NCBI RefSeq assembly: GCF_006345805.1
Contig: NC_043005.1
Coordinates: 109,244,001-109,308,000, forward strand
Reading direction: 5' to 3'
Origin: Octopus sinensis
Taxonomy: Eukaryota
DNA: 64,000 bases
Below are positions 12,631 through 26,265 of this stretch, in pieces (within the stretch, counting starts at the first letter, position 1; the number at the start of each line of letters is the position of its first letter). The notes beneath the pieces are model-generated. The model searched no databases. It worked only from the letters and a program-made list of their open reading frames with translations, and was not told the DNA's origin. Both the position numbers and the translations under genes were made by a program.

Positions 12631-13282
12631 TCACTTGGAATCTTGGGGTTAGTAGCCTGCATTCTTAACCACTATGCCATATGCCCATGGGAAATTATGG
12701 AGCAAATTTTAGGGCTTATAAATCTAACATCCTTATATCCTTCCTTAATACCGGTTCCCATATGCTGTTCATATCTGCACTCAGTCTGCTTAGGAGGTTG
12801 TTGTGTTCTAGCATATGTGCTGCTTCTTTTAGTTTTTGTATTTTCCAGTGGTGTTCTCTGTCTATTATTTTAACTTCATCCCACAGGGGGAGCTGGTCTC
12901 CATTTTCCATACATGATCAGCTATACCTGATTTACCAATATCTCCTCAAGTCACAATTTTGCGATGTTTCTCTACCCTTATTTTGAGGGGGTGGCATGTT
13001 CCACCTTTGTTATAACCTACCACAGCTGCATGGAATGGAGTACACACAGTTTTTAATCATATTCTCTTCTATTGGTGGTTTTACTCGAAGAAGACATTTG
13101 TGAAGTGTTGTATTACTCTTGAATACTGTCCTGATGTCATGTGGGCTGCATATCTTTTGTATCTTTTCGGAGAGGCCTTTCACATACGGTAGACAGACTG
13201 TGGACAGTTTATCCGTTTCATCCTCTCTTTTCTTCATAATATGGAGTGCTATACACTCCATATGCACTTCTTCACTATGCAC
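12290..13282 (-). mobile_element. Penelope-like element remnant (GIY-YIG endonuclease region plus 3' terminal repeat)
   Basis: LPYVKGLSEKIQKIC...VFKSNTTL...CVYSIPCSCG and WDEVKIIDREHHW...LKEAAHM match Penelope/Poseidon-type GIY-YIG C-termini. The element is frame-broken and has a hammerhead downstream. Confidence 0.85.
12369..12412 (-). ncRNA. minimal type-I hammerhead ribozyme motif
   Basis: ACAC-CUGAUGA-A-GGCUG...UGGCC-GAAAC-GUU-GUGU: intact core, on the same strand as the Penelope ORF remnant and 3' of it. Confidence 0.7.
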
Positions 13283-13504
13283 TTCTTCACATTGCTGATG
13301 CTTTCAAATGATGCCATCTTGCTGGCAAGGCATTCGAGCCAACACTGCCCCAAAGCAAAATTACAGTCTGTTGTTGCAGAGTTGCTCATTTACAGCAGAC
13401 TGGGAGCAACATGAAATGAAGTGTTTTGCTCAAGAGCATAATGCACTGCTGGTCTGGGAAATGAAACAACGATCGAGAGTGCAGCTGCCTGACTTCTAGG
13501 CTAT

Positions 13505-13655
13505 GTGCCTTCCGCACACACACACATACACACACACACACACACACTTATACACACATACACACACACACACACTTATACACACACACACAGGTACACA
13601 GATCAGTAGATAGACAGATAGACAGACACACAGACAGACACACAGACAGATAGAC

Positions 13656-13720
<65 letters not shown>

Positions 13721-13823
13721 TAAGTACATAGATATATAGACTGGCAGACAGACAGACTGATAGATAGAGAGAGAGAGAGAGAGATACAAAGCCATAGTAA
13801 TAACAACATGTATGTTAATATGC

Positions 13824-13915
<92 letters not shown>
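13505..13915. repeat. compound microsatellite (CA)n/(GATA)n/(GA)n/(GT)n
   Basis: Read directly from the sequence. Confidence 0.95.
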
Positions 13916-13916
<1 letters not shown>

Positions 13917-16070
13917 AAGAGCTTAATGATGAATAGTAAAGAAATTTCCTTCAAGAATTACGATGTTCTTGAATGAATCTTATGACATAGCTTCTTGGGC
14001 AAAGTGCCTTAAATTACATTTGTCTCTGTAGTCAAAGGTCTCAAAAATACTCTTGAATGGCTGTACAACAACAACAACGCCATGTTCTCCAACAACTCAA
14101 AAACAAACTCCATAGATTCTGTGGAAAGAAACAATCTTGTATCACAACAATCTCCTTTCTCGTGAATACACTTATTTAAATTTGTAACAAATTTTAAATC
14201 ACCCAGTTATTACTTACCTATTGTCAATTATCTAATCATTTCTTCACTGTTATTTGACAAATCGATAGTTTATTTTGATATTTGATTCTTTTTATTGCAG
14301 ATATTTATAAAATTAATCATGATAATTTTTATTTTATTATCTCATATTTTATTTTTCCCTTTTATTTCTATTATTATTGCTTACATTTTGTTTTCTTTTA
14401 CACAATATCATTATAAATTTTTCATTGTTGTCTATGCTTTTTAATTTAATACTCTACTACTTGTTCCTTCCTTTTATCATATTCTATATTATTATTCAAG
14501 AAATCATTATGATTAACAAAAATAAGAAGTCATTATTGTTTATATACTTAGATCATAATTCAATTGTATATTTTATTAATTTTTTTGACAGACTCTTTCA
14601 TAATTCATACTCTTCTTTTTTTCATTTCTTATACAAATTTTTTCCTTATTTTCCATATTTTTTAAAATTTTTACATAATATATATATTTTATTCATGTTT
14701 ATTTTATTTACCATATAAATTTTTCTTTATTTTTTATAGTCCATGCATTTTTATATTCATTTTATACATTATATATTTTACATTATTTAATTTTTTGTAT
14801 CTTTCATATTTTTGTTACCTTTTATGTTTTTATGCATCATATATTTGTCATGTTCATTTTTTGTAAATTATCTGTTTTTAATATCTATTTTGATGTCTTA
14901 TAAATATATTATTGTATATTTTTTATAAAGAAAATACATTTTTTATTTTTTACTGTACATAAATTTTATGTTTATTTAATGTAACTTATATTATATTTTA
15001 TGCTTTTTAATATATTTTTTGCTTATTTTCATGTTATATGTGTATTCATCTGTAAATGTATGTATGTGTGTGTTTGCATAAGTGTTTATTTTTAAACACT
15101 ATATTTTTATTCTTAATAATTTAATAACTTATATTTTTTAATATTATTTGTTTACATATGTTTGGATTGCCTATATTTTATATACATTATCGATTTTTAT
15201 TCTTTATTTTATATGTGTTACATATTTTAAATATTCATTTTTACATATTTTATACATTTATTGATTATATTTTCATGCTTTACTTATATATTTTAACGGT
15301 TATTTTTTAACACACATATTTTTAATATTTATTTTCATACATTATATATATTTTGCACTCTATATTTTGACTATTTATTAATATATATTTATTTCCCACT
15401 TTATATATTTTCATTCATTTTTATTTGCCATATATCATTTCCGTATTTTTCTCTTTCTTTATATTTGAAATCTTTTTCATTTCTTTTTCTTTTTGTCATC
15501 ATTTAAATTTTGTTTGTCAATCTCATTGTTTACTTTTTAGAAATTTTTGATATTGCTTTCTTCTTTTTTATATTTAATCTCATTGACAATTTGTAAAGAT
15601 TTATTTTATATATTTTGGATATTTTATTTTCTCTGTTTCAATATTTATTTTATTATTTGTTTGTATTTGCCATCTTATATGTATTTATATATATATTTGT
15701 TTTCTTGAAGACACATCTCTCTTTCTCCCTTCCTCTATGTGTGTCTGAGTGTATATGTATATTATATGTGTGTGTGTGTGTAGGTTTCATATTACAAGCA
15801 TAAGGAAAGAAGTACTCAATACTGGATGAAGGAGTCTAATGTAGTGCTGAAAATACTTTCAGCTTCTACTCAGAGTTACAACTATGTCAATGATTGCACA
15901 ACAAATCAGCAATGCATGTGTTGTAAGAGAGTGTAATTTTTCATGTTAAATCTATATATGTCTATATATATATCTATATATATGTGTATATATGTATATA
16001 TATATATATGTACATACATATACATATATGTATATATGTATATGCATGTATATATCTATATCTATATCTA

Positions 16071-16119
<49 letters not shown>

Positions 16120-16231
16120 GTATATATATGTATGTATATATATATATATGTATATATACACACATATGCATGCATACATACAAACATACATTTAAAATGC
16201 ATATGGCCATATATATGTTTATATATTTTGG

Positions 16232-16290
<59 letters not shown>

Positions 16291-16690
16291 TGTGTGTGTG
16301 TGTGTGTTTGTGTGTGTGTTTGTGTGTGTGTGTGTGCATGTCTGTACACACGTGCATGAACACACATTTGTTTATTTTCTATTGTTTTTTTTCATTTTAA
16401 TTTATTCATTTGTCACTGTCATATTGTCTTCTCTTTTTCCAGTCCATATGTCCTTCCTTCCTTTCTCTCCATGCTCCCACCAACACCACCACTGTCATTG
16501 CACTTCTTTGTTGTTGTTGTTTTTATATTGTTATTTATTATTGCAATTTATGTTCCCCCTACCATTGTTATTTTTAAGTGGTGATAGAAGTGTTTCTTTT
16601 TTATATATACGTTTTTTTTAGTTTTCACCATTATTTTATTTTCCATTTCATTTTATTTACATTTTCTTATTTTATATAATTTTCATTTTA

Positions 16691-16745
<55 letters not shown>

Positions 16746-16915
16746 TCATAAGGATTTGTCTATTACTGTTATTTTAGTTTGATATGTGGGTAGAGTTATT
16801 TAATCTGTGGTTTTTTAAAGTCTTTAATGCTTATTGCTTTATGTCTTTGATACTATACATTATATTTTCTTCTCTTAATATGTATAGTTTATTTTTTAAT
16901 ATCTTTAAAAACCGT

Positions 16916-16972
<57 letters not shown>

Positions 16973-17389
16973 GCACATATACATAAATGTATAAATGTGA
17001 ATACATATGTACATACAGACACACATATATATACATACATGTAAATATAAATATATATATTCATATATATATATATATATACATATATATATACACATAT
17101 ACATAAATGTATAAATGTAAATACATATGAACACACACACACACACGCATATATACATATATGTAAATATAAATACATATATATATATATACCTATTCAT
17201 ATACGTATGTATGTATGCATATATATATATATATATATGTATATATGTAGGGCATTATTCTTATTATCTCTCTGAGGATTCATGCTTTTGTAAGAAATCT
17301 TCCTTTGTATTGTTGTGTTTGTTGTTGTTTGATTATTTGAAAAGAGAAAAATCAAAGAATGAGAAAAAGAGAATCTCACCACATGCCCC

Positions 17390-17512
17390 ACCCACCACCA
17401 CCACCACCATCAACAACAACAACAATAACAACAACAACATCCTGTTGTTGCTTTCTTAAAGATTATTTAAATACAATAAAAATCGGAAGAATAAAATAAA
17501 TCTCACAAACCT

Positions 17513-17547
<35 letters not shown>

Positions 17548-17740
17548 GGTTTTATTGTTGTTTTTGCAATTGTTATTGTAAGCTTGTAATTATTTAAATA
17601 CCTCCTACCACCACCACCACCACCACTGCCACCACCATCAACAACAACAACAATAACAACAACAACATCCTGTTGTTGCTTTCTTAAAGATTATTTAAAT
17701 ACAATAAAAATCGGAAGAATAAAATAAATCTCACAAACCT

Positions 17741-17778
<38 letters not shown>

Positions 17779-18151
17779 TGTTACTATTTTTGTTGTTCTT
17801 GATATTGTTATCATTATTGTTATTATTATTGTTGTTATTGTTGTTGTTGTTGTAGTTGTTGTTGTTGTTTTGTTACTATTTTTGTTGTTCTTGATATTGT
17901 TATCATTATTGTTATTATTATTGTTGTTGTTGTTGTTGTAGTGTTTGTTTAAAGATTATTCAAAAAGGAAGGAAAACAACACAATACACCACCACCACCT
18001 ACCATTTGTTGTTGTTGTTGTCGTTGCTGTTGTTTCGATTTTGTTGTTGTTTGGTTAAAGATTACTTTAAAAAAAAACAGAAAATAAACTCCCCTCCCTC
18101 ACTTGACATCACCACCATCCACCGACCCTCATCACCATTATTAACATTATT

Positions 18152-18189
<38 letters not shown>

Positions 18190-18256
18190 TATTATTATTA
18201 TTATTATTATTAATATTATTATTATTATTATTATTATTATATTATTATTATTATTA

Positions 18257-18292
<36 letters not shown>

Positions 18293-18520
18293 TATTATTA
18301 TTATTATTGTTGTTATTGTTGTTGTTGTTGTTGTTGTGGATGATAAAAGATATTTTAAAAGAATATATTCTTCTATATCTGCTTATTACTCTTATTGTTA
18401 TCATCATTATTTTTATTATTGTTATTGTTATCATTATTATTGTTCTTCTTCTTCCTGCTTTTTGTTGTTGTTGTTTTATTGCTTCTTGTATTGTTGTTGT
18501 TGTTGAAGACATTTCACTAA
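17390..18520. repeat. trinucleotide-rich low-complexity block with local duplications
   Basis: (ACC)n(AAC)n, (TTG)n and (ATT)n tracts. About 17390-17545 is duplicated at about 17620-17780. Confidence 0.9.
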
Positions 18521-19083
18521 AGAGATGTCAATTGATTGTTTGACAATCATCTTTAAATATTGGGTTTAAATGTTTGGTGCTCTAGAGGTGGGCAGGATCA
18601 TGGTATAGGTGGTAGTGGTGTGGTGATGTTCAGTGCAGACCTGTGCACGGTGGTGGTTGCAGTGATAGTAGTGATGCATAAGGGCGACAGTGGTGCTGGT
18701 GGCATGGCACATCATGGTGATGATGGTGATTATAGTGTCGGTAGTTGTGGTGGTGTTGATGATGGTGTTGGTGTTGGTGGTGGTGATGGTGGTGGTGGTG
18801 GTGCTACTGTTATAGTTGTCGTTGTTGTTTACGGTGGTGGATGCAGGATGGTGGCAGTGACTGACAGTGGGCTGGGTAATGATGGCATAGAATGACAAAC
18901 AATTCAATTAGCTTTTAAATGGATAAAGGTGGGTGGTGGCGGGGCGGCGGCGGTGGTTGTTGGGTGGTGGTGGTCGGTGGTAGTGGTAGGAATACAGAAG
19001 AGAGTTAGAATGACAAGAGTTAAAGAGGGAGACACACCAAGGAAACTGTAAGACTATCAGACCTGAAGAAAAGAAGGTTTTAT

Positions 19084-19114
<31 letters not shown>

Positions 19115-19294
19115 GTTACGTAAATTCAAAATTTTTATGCTTACATGTATGCTGCACATATATGCATGCATGAGTGTGTGTATATGTGTATTTGTATATC
19201 ATATAACTTGTATGTATATATATCTTTGTATACATATATATATTAATATAAATAATATATATATGTGTATATATATATATATTATATATATATA

Positions 19295-19327
<33 letters not shown>

Positions 19328-19686
19328 GCATATATGGGTACAGGACGTCACCAACTGTGTAAACAACATGAAATATGAAATCAAGTGAGTTAAATACGCA
19401 GGCAACAAGAGTAAAAGAGGGAAGACAGGACAAACAAACACAGAAAAATGACCCTTTATCAGTTGTTGGCTGTCTGTCTACTTCTCATTTGGAGCATTCA
19501 ATGACAGAATGAATCTTCAAAGACAGTTACTCTCATAAATTCCAAAATAAAATTTTGGATTTATGGAGAGTCAAAGCTGGAAATGTGTGTGTGTGTGTGT
19601 AGCACATACATATATGTATGCGTATATACATATATAAATATATATATATATATTATATATATATATATTATATATATATATATATA

Positions 19687-20190
19687 GGGAGAGTTTACGA
19701 AAAAAACAAAAAAACGAAGACAGGTGGTGTACAAAACAAACAGATGTTTTAGTATAATACTCAGGAATAGAAAAAGTCTTTTATGTTTCGAGCCTTCGCT
19801 CTTCTACAGAAAGGGACATATATATATATATATATATATATCACCCATGTTAGCATGGAAAACGAACGTTAAACGATGAAGAAGAAGAAGACGATATATA
19901 TATGTATGTAAATATATATATATAATATATATATATATCTATATATATATATATAGGGAGAGTTTACGAAAAAAACAAAAAAACGAAGACAGGTGGTGTA
20001 CAAAACAAACAGATGTTTTAGTATAATACTCAGGAATAGAAAAAGTCTTTTATGTTTCGAGCCTTCGCTCTTCTACAGAAAGGGACATATATATATATCT
20101 ATATATATATATCACCCATGTTAGCATGGAAAACGAACGTTAAACGATGAAGAAGAAGAAGACGATATATATATGTATGTAAATATATAT
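19687..20190. repeat. ~270-bp tandem duplication of a composite repeat fragment
   Basis: GGGAGAGTTTACG... starts at both 19687 and 19957. The unit is a Penelope-type fragment plus an RTE-tail fragment plus (TA)n. Confidence 0.9.
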
Positions 20191-20826
20191 ATATTAATGG
20201 TTATAGTGTATAACTGGTCAGAATGTTGCTATTGGTTTCGTTTCAACCATTGCTTTTGGCAAAATTGATGAGTCTTCAGACATTTTGGCCAGAATTGCAT
20301 AAGCCTTATTAATGCTGAAGGCATGAATAGATTCTGGTTGACATGATGTTTATAAAAAGAACAGGAACAAAACATAGAGAAATATTATAACACTTTCCAG
20401 TAGCAATTGAGAGGTTGATATTGGCTATGGTTGAAGTAAGTCAGCTGTGTATGTATATATACATGAGCAAAATGCACACCATCCAATGGACAGTGCTGAA
20501 TCGTATTTGCTGAATAAAAAGCAATCAGTGTTTTCTTTTCATTAAAAAATAATGAAGCATGCCTTTATTTCAATAAAATTTTTGGTTTTGTTAAACAAAG
20601 TTAAGGCAAAAAAAAAACTTCTTGAGAAACCAAATAGTCTTTCCTTCCTTCATGCCAAGTTTGAAGAAAATATCTCTCTTGCATCTTACTTTTTGGGTCT
20701 CTTAAATATACAGCATTTTATGGCATTATTTTAAGCCAGCCGGCTTTTTTTGCACAAACTGCATGTGCATTTTTCTTGTGTACGCATAGTATTGATCGCA
20801 ACAGCTGACGTACTTGCACGTATAAA

Positions 20827-20998
20827 TGCACGTTCCCACGGCTTTATCGATCGAATTCTCACCTAGAATCGATTTTTAAAATTTTATCAAGACTTATACA
20901 CGCCCTGATACTGTCAGTATCTACATATCAAATTTGATGCCCGAGATCCTAGAAGACACACACACAGACAGACAGAACAGATTTTATATATAATAGAT
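20827..20998 (+). mobile_element. 3' end of Helitron-like non-autonomous element
   Basis: Homologous to 1282-1470. Confidence 0.45.
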
Positions 20999-21029
20999 GG
21001 TCATTCATTAGTTACAAATGGGCTCAACC

Positions 21030-21300
21030 ACACTGTCCAAATGAATTTTGGCTTATGAGGCCAGCATTCAAATAGTCTTGCCTTACAAATTCTAAAAAGC
21101 ATGGAAATCGAGAAATTTGTTAGTGTCATTTTTCTCTCTGCTAAGCAAAGCTTGCAATGCATGCTTCCATTCAGATATGGTCCAGGCCACTTCAATACTT
21201 TCCATAAGATTTTGTACAATGTTGCTTCCTCTTTAAATCACAATGTAAAGCTGACTGACTTTGTAACATGGCACTTCACTTCGATTCTGAAAGAGAATCT
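21030..21300 (-). mobile_element. Penelope-like element C-terminal remnant
   Basis: PYLNGSMHCKLCLAERK...CWPHKPKF resembles the CxLCxxEK...CxHxxKF motif after the GIY-YIG domain of some PLE clades. Confidence 0.45.
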
Positions 21301-21731
21301 TTGATTATTCAGCCTGGCTGTAAATGTGACCTCCATAGCCTCTGAGATTGGTAAGATGGTTGGAGGGAGGAGTCCTCAGGCGAGCTTCCTAGCTCAAATG
21401 TTTATGGAGGAATAGAAACACCCAATATGCTACGTCTGTGTGGTAAGAAGATTCCTTCCCAACCACATCATTTCTGGTTCAGTCCCACAGTATGGCAAGT
21501 TTGGCAAGAAGTGTCTACAACAATATATATATGTACATACATATATATATATGTGTGTATATATATCATCATCACCATCATCATCATCATTTAACGTCCG
21601 CTTTCCATGCTAGCATGGATTGGATGATTTGACTGAGAACTGATGAACCTGGTGCAGCCATCTGGTTTGCCAGTCCTCAGTCAAATCGTCCAACTCATGC
21701 TAGCATGGAAAGCAGGCGTTAAATGATGATG

Positions 21732-21762
<31 letters not shown>

Positions 21763-22862
21763 GACACACACAAGCACAAGTCAACATATTATGTTGACTA
21801 CCTTAAGTAGGCTACTGCAGGATTTGAACTCAGAGTGTAGTGAATGGGAGTGTATATCATGACATTCTTCCTGACGCACTAACTAGGCTGCCAATTTGGC
21901 CCCTAAAGACTGTGACAATCTCACAAATAGAAAATGTGTCCATAAAAGATCAACCGCACTCCAACAAAATATGTCATACAAAATGTATTGTGTTTGTTTA
22001 CCCTTAGTGCGTGCCAGATGTCAAAAACCACAGTAGTACCACCCAACCCAAGCCAGGGAAAGAAAAAGAAACTGGACATAAAATGATGACAATAAAAAAA
22101 ATTCCTTATGCTGCAGCAAGATTACAGTCTTGTGGCTGGAACCAAAATTTATTGAAATATTAAATCATAATTATTTTGCTTATTACATTTGTTTATTTTC
22201 CTAAATTTATTTCGGTCAATTTCACTCACGTCCTTTGCTTCACTCTCTACCTCTCTCTTCATATAAACCAAAATAGACTATTCAAACACATACATGCATT
22301 CATACACACATCCCACATGTTACCTACCCCTGGTAACCCTTCACACCCTCCCATCTGTTTGTCGCTCTGTCTCTTTCAGTCTTTCTCTCTCTGTCACTCA
22401 CTCCTACTCAAAGCTCCTTTTCCCTCCCACCCTATAACCACCCCCACTTCTTCCTTTCAAATCTAATTTAATTGTTTGCCATTCTGTATCATCAGTTTTC
22501 AGTTGCAACTGCTTTTGCTTTTTTTTTATTGCAGTGCTGTCACTCAAGAGAAATACATAAACAATGCAACTAAATGCATCTTTTATTCCCCACACATCCT
22601 CCCTTATAAATATATCAAGATATTATATGTGCACGTGTGCATTTGTGTGTATGTGTGTGTGTGCATACATATATTCTTGCTGACAGATTTATTCACCCTT
22701 TCTCTACATCTGGCTCTACCCATCATTATACACATTATTCTAATTGTGGAAGGGGGTCCCCTGGTTTCATCCCCCATCTATATGCTTTCTAATTGCTAAT
22801 GCTTTCCTAAACATATGCTTAAATGTATTTGTTTTCTCAAATAAATTACTCTTCATATTTGA

Positions 22863-22943
22863 GGCTCTGATGAAGCCGCATAGCGTTACTCTGGCACTCA
22901 ACTATGAGTCTTCTGCATCTTATAGCAGAAACGGCTGTAAGCT
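22863..22943 (+). ncRNA. candidate type-I hammerhead with enlarged domain II
   Basis: GGCU-CUGAUGA-(54 nt)-GAAAC-GGCU-GUA-AGCU; stem I pairs GGCU with AGCU. Confidence 0.35.
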
Positions 22944-23002
22944 AATGATGTTCATCAGATAATTGTTTATTATTTTGTCATCTCTTTTATCATATATATA
23001 TA

Positions 23003-23330
23003 TAGGTACAGGAGAGGCTGTGTGGTAAGTAGCTTGCTTACAAACCACATAGTTCTGGGTTCAGTCCCACTGCATGGCACCTTGGCCAAATAAAGCCTTG
23101 TGAGTTGATTTGGTAGACAGAAACTGAAAGAAGCCCATCTTATATATGTATATATGTATATGCATGTGCGTGTATATGTTTGTGTGTCTGAGTTTGTCCC
23201 CCCAACATCGCTTGACAACCAATGCTGGTGTGTTTACATCCCCGTAACTTAGCAGTTTGGCAAAACAAACCGATAGAATAAGTACTAGGCTTCCAAAGAA
23301 TAAATCTTGGGGTCGATTTGCTTGACTAAA
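23003..23330 (+). mobile_element. tRNA-derived CORE-type SINE
   Basis: A-box-like GGCTGTGTGG, B-box-like GGTTCAGTCCC, CORE-like GGCACCTTGG.CAA and an internal (TA/TG)n tract. Other copies at 42898-43288 and 50207-50572. Confidence 0.85.
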
Positions 23331-23332
23331 GA

Positions 23333-24275
23333 CTGTTTCTTTTCTCTAATAGTCCTGTCAACAACATTGTTCCACCACCATGTTATTTTGGGTCGAGAGG
23401 TGACTTTGCACCATCCACAGATCTGGTCATTGGCCCTCAGCAGGTTGTCCCGTAGAAACCTCCAGTTGTCTTCTACATCGTGTGAAGGAATATCCCCTTC
23501 TATTTCATCAAAGGCTTCAAGTAATATGTCTCTAAATCTCTGTCCATTCACAGGATTTTTAAGCTTCCAGATCCTTCTCCTCCATGCTGGTTATCTTCTG
23601 GGCATCCATTTAGCCCTGATCCTGAAGTCGTTAACTATCAGTCTATGTTGTGGGGTACATTCTTCGCCTGGAAAGATTTTGGCAGTTATAAGCAGCCATT
23701 TTCCCCTTTTTCTGGTGAGGATGTAGTCAATTTAGCTAGTGTGTCTGCCAGAACGGTAGGTGACTAGGTGACTGGCAGGTTTCCTGAAGTTAGTATTGCA
23801 AACCATAAGATCATTTGTATCACAGAACTCCAGCAGCCTTGTTCCCTTCTCATTGCAGGAACCAAAACCATAGCCTCCATGTATGCCTTGGAAGCCCCCT
23901 GTATGTTGTCCAACTTGTCCACTGAAGTCACCAGCCACAAAGAGAAAGATACCTATCATTTGTCAGTCAGGTAGTCTACAAGAGGGTGTCATAAAATCGG
24001 TCTTTCTGTCCATCGGGTAGCCCCGGTTGAGGGGCATAGTCTGAGATAACGGTTGCTAACCCATGATGAAGCACTAATCTAATCATAAGTATTCTGTCGC
24101 ATACTCTGACTACCTCGATTACCTTATCAACCCATTTCTCCACAAGAAGTATACCCACGCCTGACCCCGTCAGTGTTCTGTGCCCAGAAAATCTTGTACC
24201 TGTGTTCTTTGACTGTGAGGAACCTAGCGGAACCTCCTCTCCACCTTACTTCTTAGAGGTAGCACCTATCGACAC
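23333..24275 (-). mobile_element. RTE LINE remnant (apurinic endonuclease domain and linker)
   Basis: EVRWRGGSARF, YAPQPGL...KDRFYD, AGDFSGQVG...GYGFG..NEKGTRLLEFC...NTNFRK and KITWWWN appear in order across frameshifts. Confidence 0.9.
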
Positions 24276-24446
24276 ATATATATATGTGTGTGTGTGTATG
24301 TGCATGTGTGTGTGTATATATATACATTTATATATATATATATATATATATATATCATTATCATCATTGTTTAACATCCACTTTCCATGCTAGCATGGGT
24401 TGGACGGTTCAACTGGGGTCTGGGAAGCCATAAAGCTGCACCAGGC

Positions 24447-24482
<36 letters not shown>

Positions 24483-24847
24483 TTATGCATATATATACAT
24501 ATATGTATTTAGTTCAATATGATTCAAGTAAACACCTTGCCGAATGCTATGCAAAGCTCTTCCTCAGTTATTGGCTACCTGGTATCATCATGCATTGGAA
24601 ATTGCGCTGCTATTGGCTATACAGCAGGAATTCTATAGTATCTATATAATTCTTATAAACAGATAAATAACAGAAAATAGAATAAATGGGATTCTTTATT
24701 CAAAATTACTATAATTGTTTTGACATTTTTTACACCTGTAGTACATTTGTGAGATGTTGTGTAATTATTATCATACATCCAAGGTGTAAAATGCACCTCT
24801 GCAGGTAATGTTTAAATAAAGAATGTTATTTATTCAATTTTCTATCA

Positions 24848-24895
<48 letters not shown>

Positions 24896-24904
24896 ATATA
24901 TATT

Positions 24905-25105
24905 GTGACCTCGTGTGTACTGTTGACGATTTTTTTCCTGTCTTCCCTTCTCTGGATCTTTCCTTCTCCTATGTTTCCGACGAAGAGCTCTGCTCGAAAC
25001 ATTAAACCCTCCTTCTTTCCTTCTTTCCTGAGCGTCCAATAATACTTTATTTGTTCCACGTCCTCACGTTGTTGTGTTTTTTTGTGTTTTCTTGCTTGGA
25101 TTAAC

Positions 25106-25107
<2 letters not shown>
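24905..25107 (+). mobile_element. ~200-bp Penelope-derived non-autonomous element with hammerhead-like motif
   Basis: Six copies (24905+, 35067-, 52343-, 53474-, 57905+, 60063+), nearly all with (TA)n flanks. Motif at 24973-25007. Confidence 0.7.
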
Positions 25108-25172
<65 letters not shown>

Positions 25173-25540
25173 AAATGTATATATGTATTCATTTATATGT
25201 ATGTATGTCTATAAACACTTACATATAAGCATATATATTTGTGTACATTTATATTTATATATGTATACACATACATTTATTGTGTGTTTGTGGTTGTCTG
25301 CAGTTTTGCTTTTGTCTCTCACCACTTGACAACTGATGTTGCTTTCTCCAGGGTTTCATAACTTAGAAGTTTGCCAGATAGAAACTAATGCAATGAGTAC
25401 CAATTTTAAAATATATACTGGAATTGATAAAAGCTTGAAGGCAGTACCCAGCATGGTCACCAGGTAATGACTGGAACGAGTAAAACACTGAAAGAAAGAA
25501 GACTGATTAAAAATATGAAAGCGGCCGAGAGTAAAATATT

Positions 25541-25571
<31 letters not shown>

Positions 25572-26233
25572 TGGAGACAACCAGACAGATTGACAAAGTG
25601 ACAGAGTCCATAAAAAAAACAGGAAACATGGGAACAAAGAAACGGAGAAAAAGAAACTAAACAAAGAAGTTTGAGCAAGAGAGAGAGATAGAAACATAGA
25701 CAAATAGATAAACAGATAGATAGACAGATAGATAGAGAGAGAGAGACAGATATACAGACAGACAGATAGAGACAGAGAGAAAGATTGATAAACAGGGATG
25801 ATGGCAGAGATGTAAAAGAGAAATCAAGAGAAGAATAGACGCAAAGTGTAAGACGTGAGATGTGAGAAATTCCAAAACTAATTTAGAAGATCAAAAAACC
25901 TAAGTCTATTCTCTTGTATTAAACACTCTCCTCTTCTTTTTCTTTCTGTGTATACAGAAATGTATATATATATACATATATGTACATATGTATATATATA
26001 TGTGGGTGGGGTGTATATGCATATATATTTATGTAGAGAAAGGGAGAGAAAGAGAGAGAGAGAGAAAGTGAGAGAGAGTGAGGTAGATAGATTCAAATAT
26101 ATAGATAAATACATGTATATATAATATACATGTATTTACATGTATATTTGTGTGTGTGTGTGTTTATGTGTAGATACACACACACATACACACAAATATA
26201 CATGTAAATATAAGTATATTATGTATAGAGGCA

Positions 26234-26265
<32 letters not shown>

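Noticed and set aside
13990-14165. Possible exon near the (ACA)n stretch
   Set aside because: Several frames on both strands are equally open or closed; no recognisable motif and no convincing donor.
23003-23075. tRNA genes suggested by A/B-box-like motifs
   Set aside because: These are SINE heads that continue into SINE bodies; no complete cloverleaf is evident.
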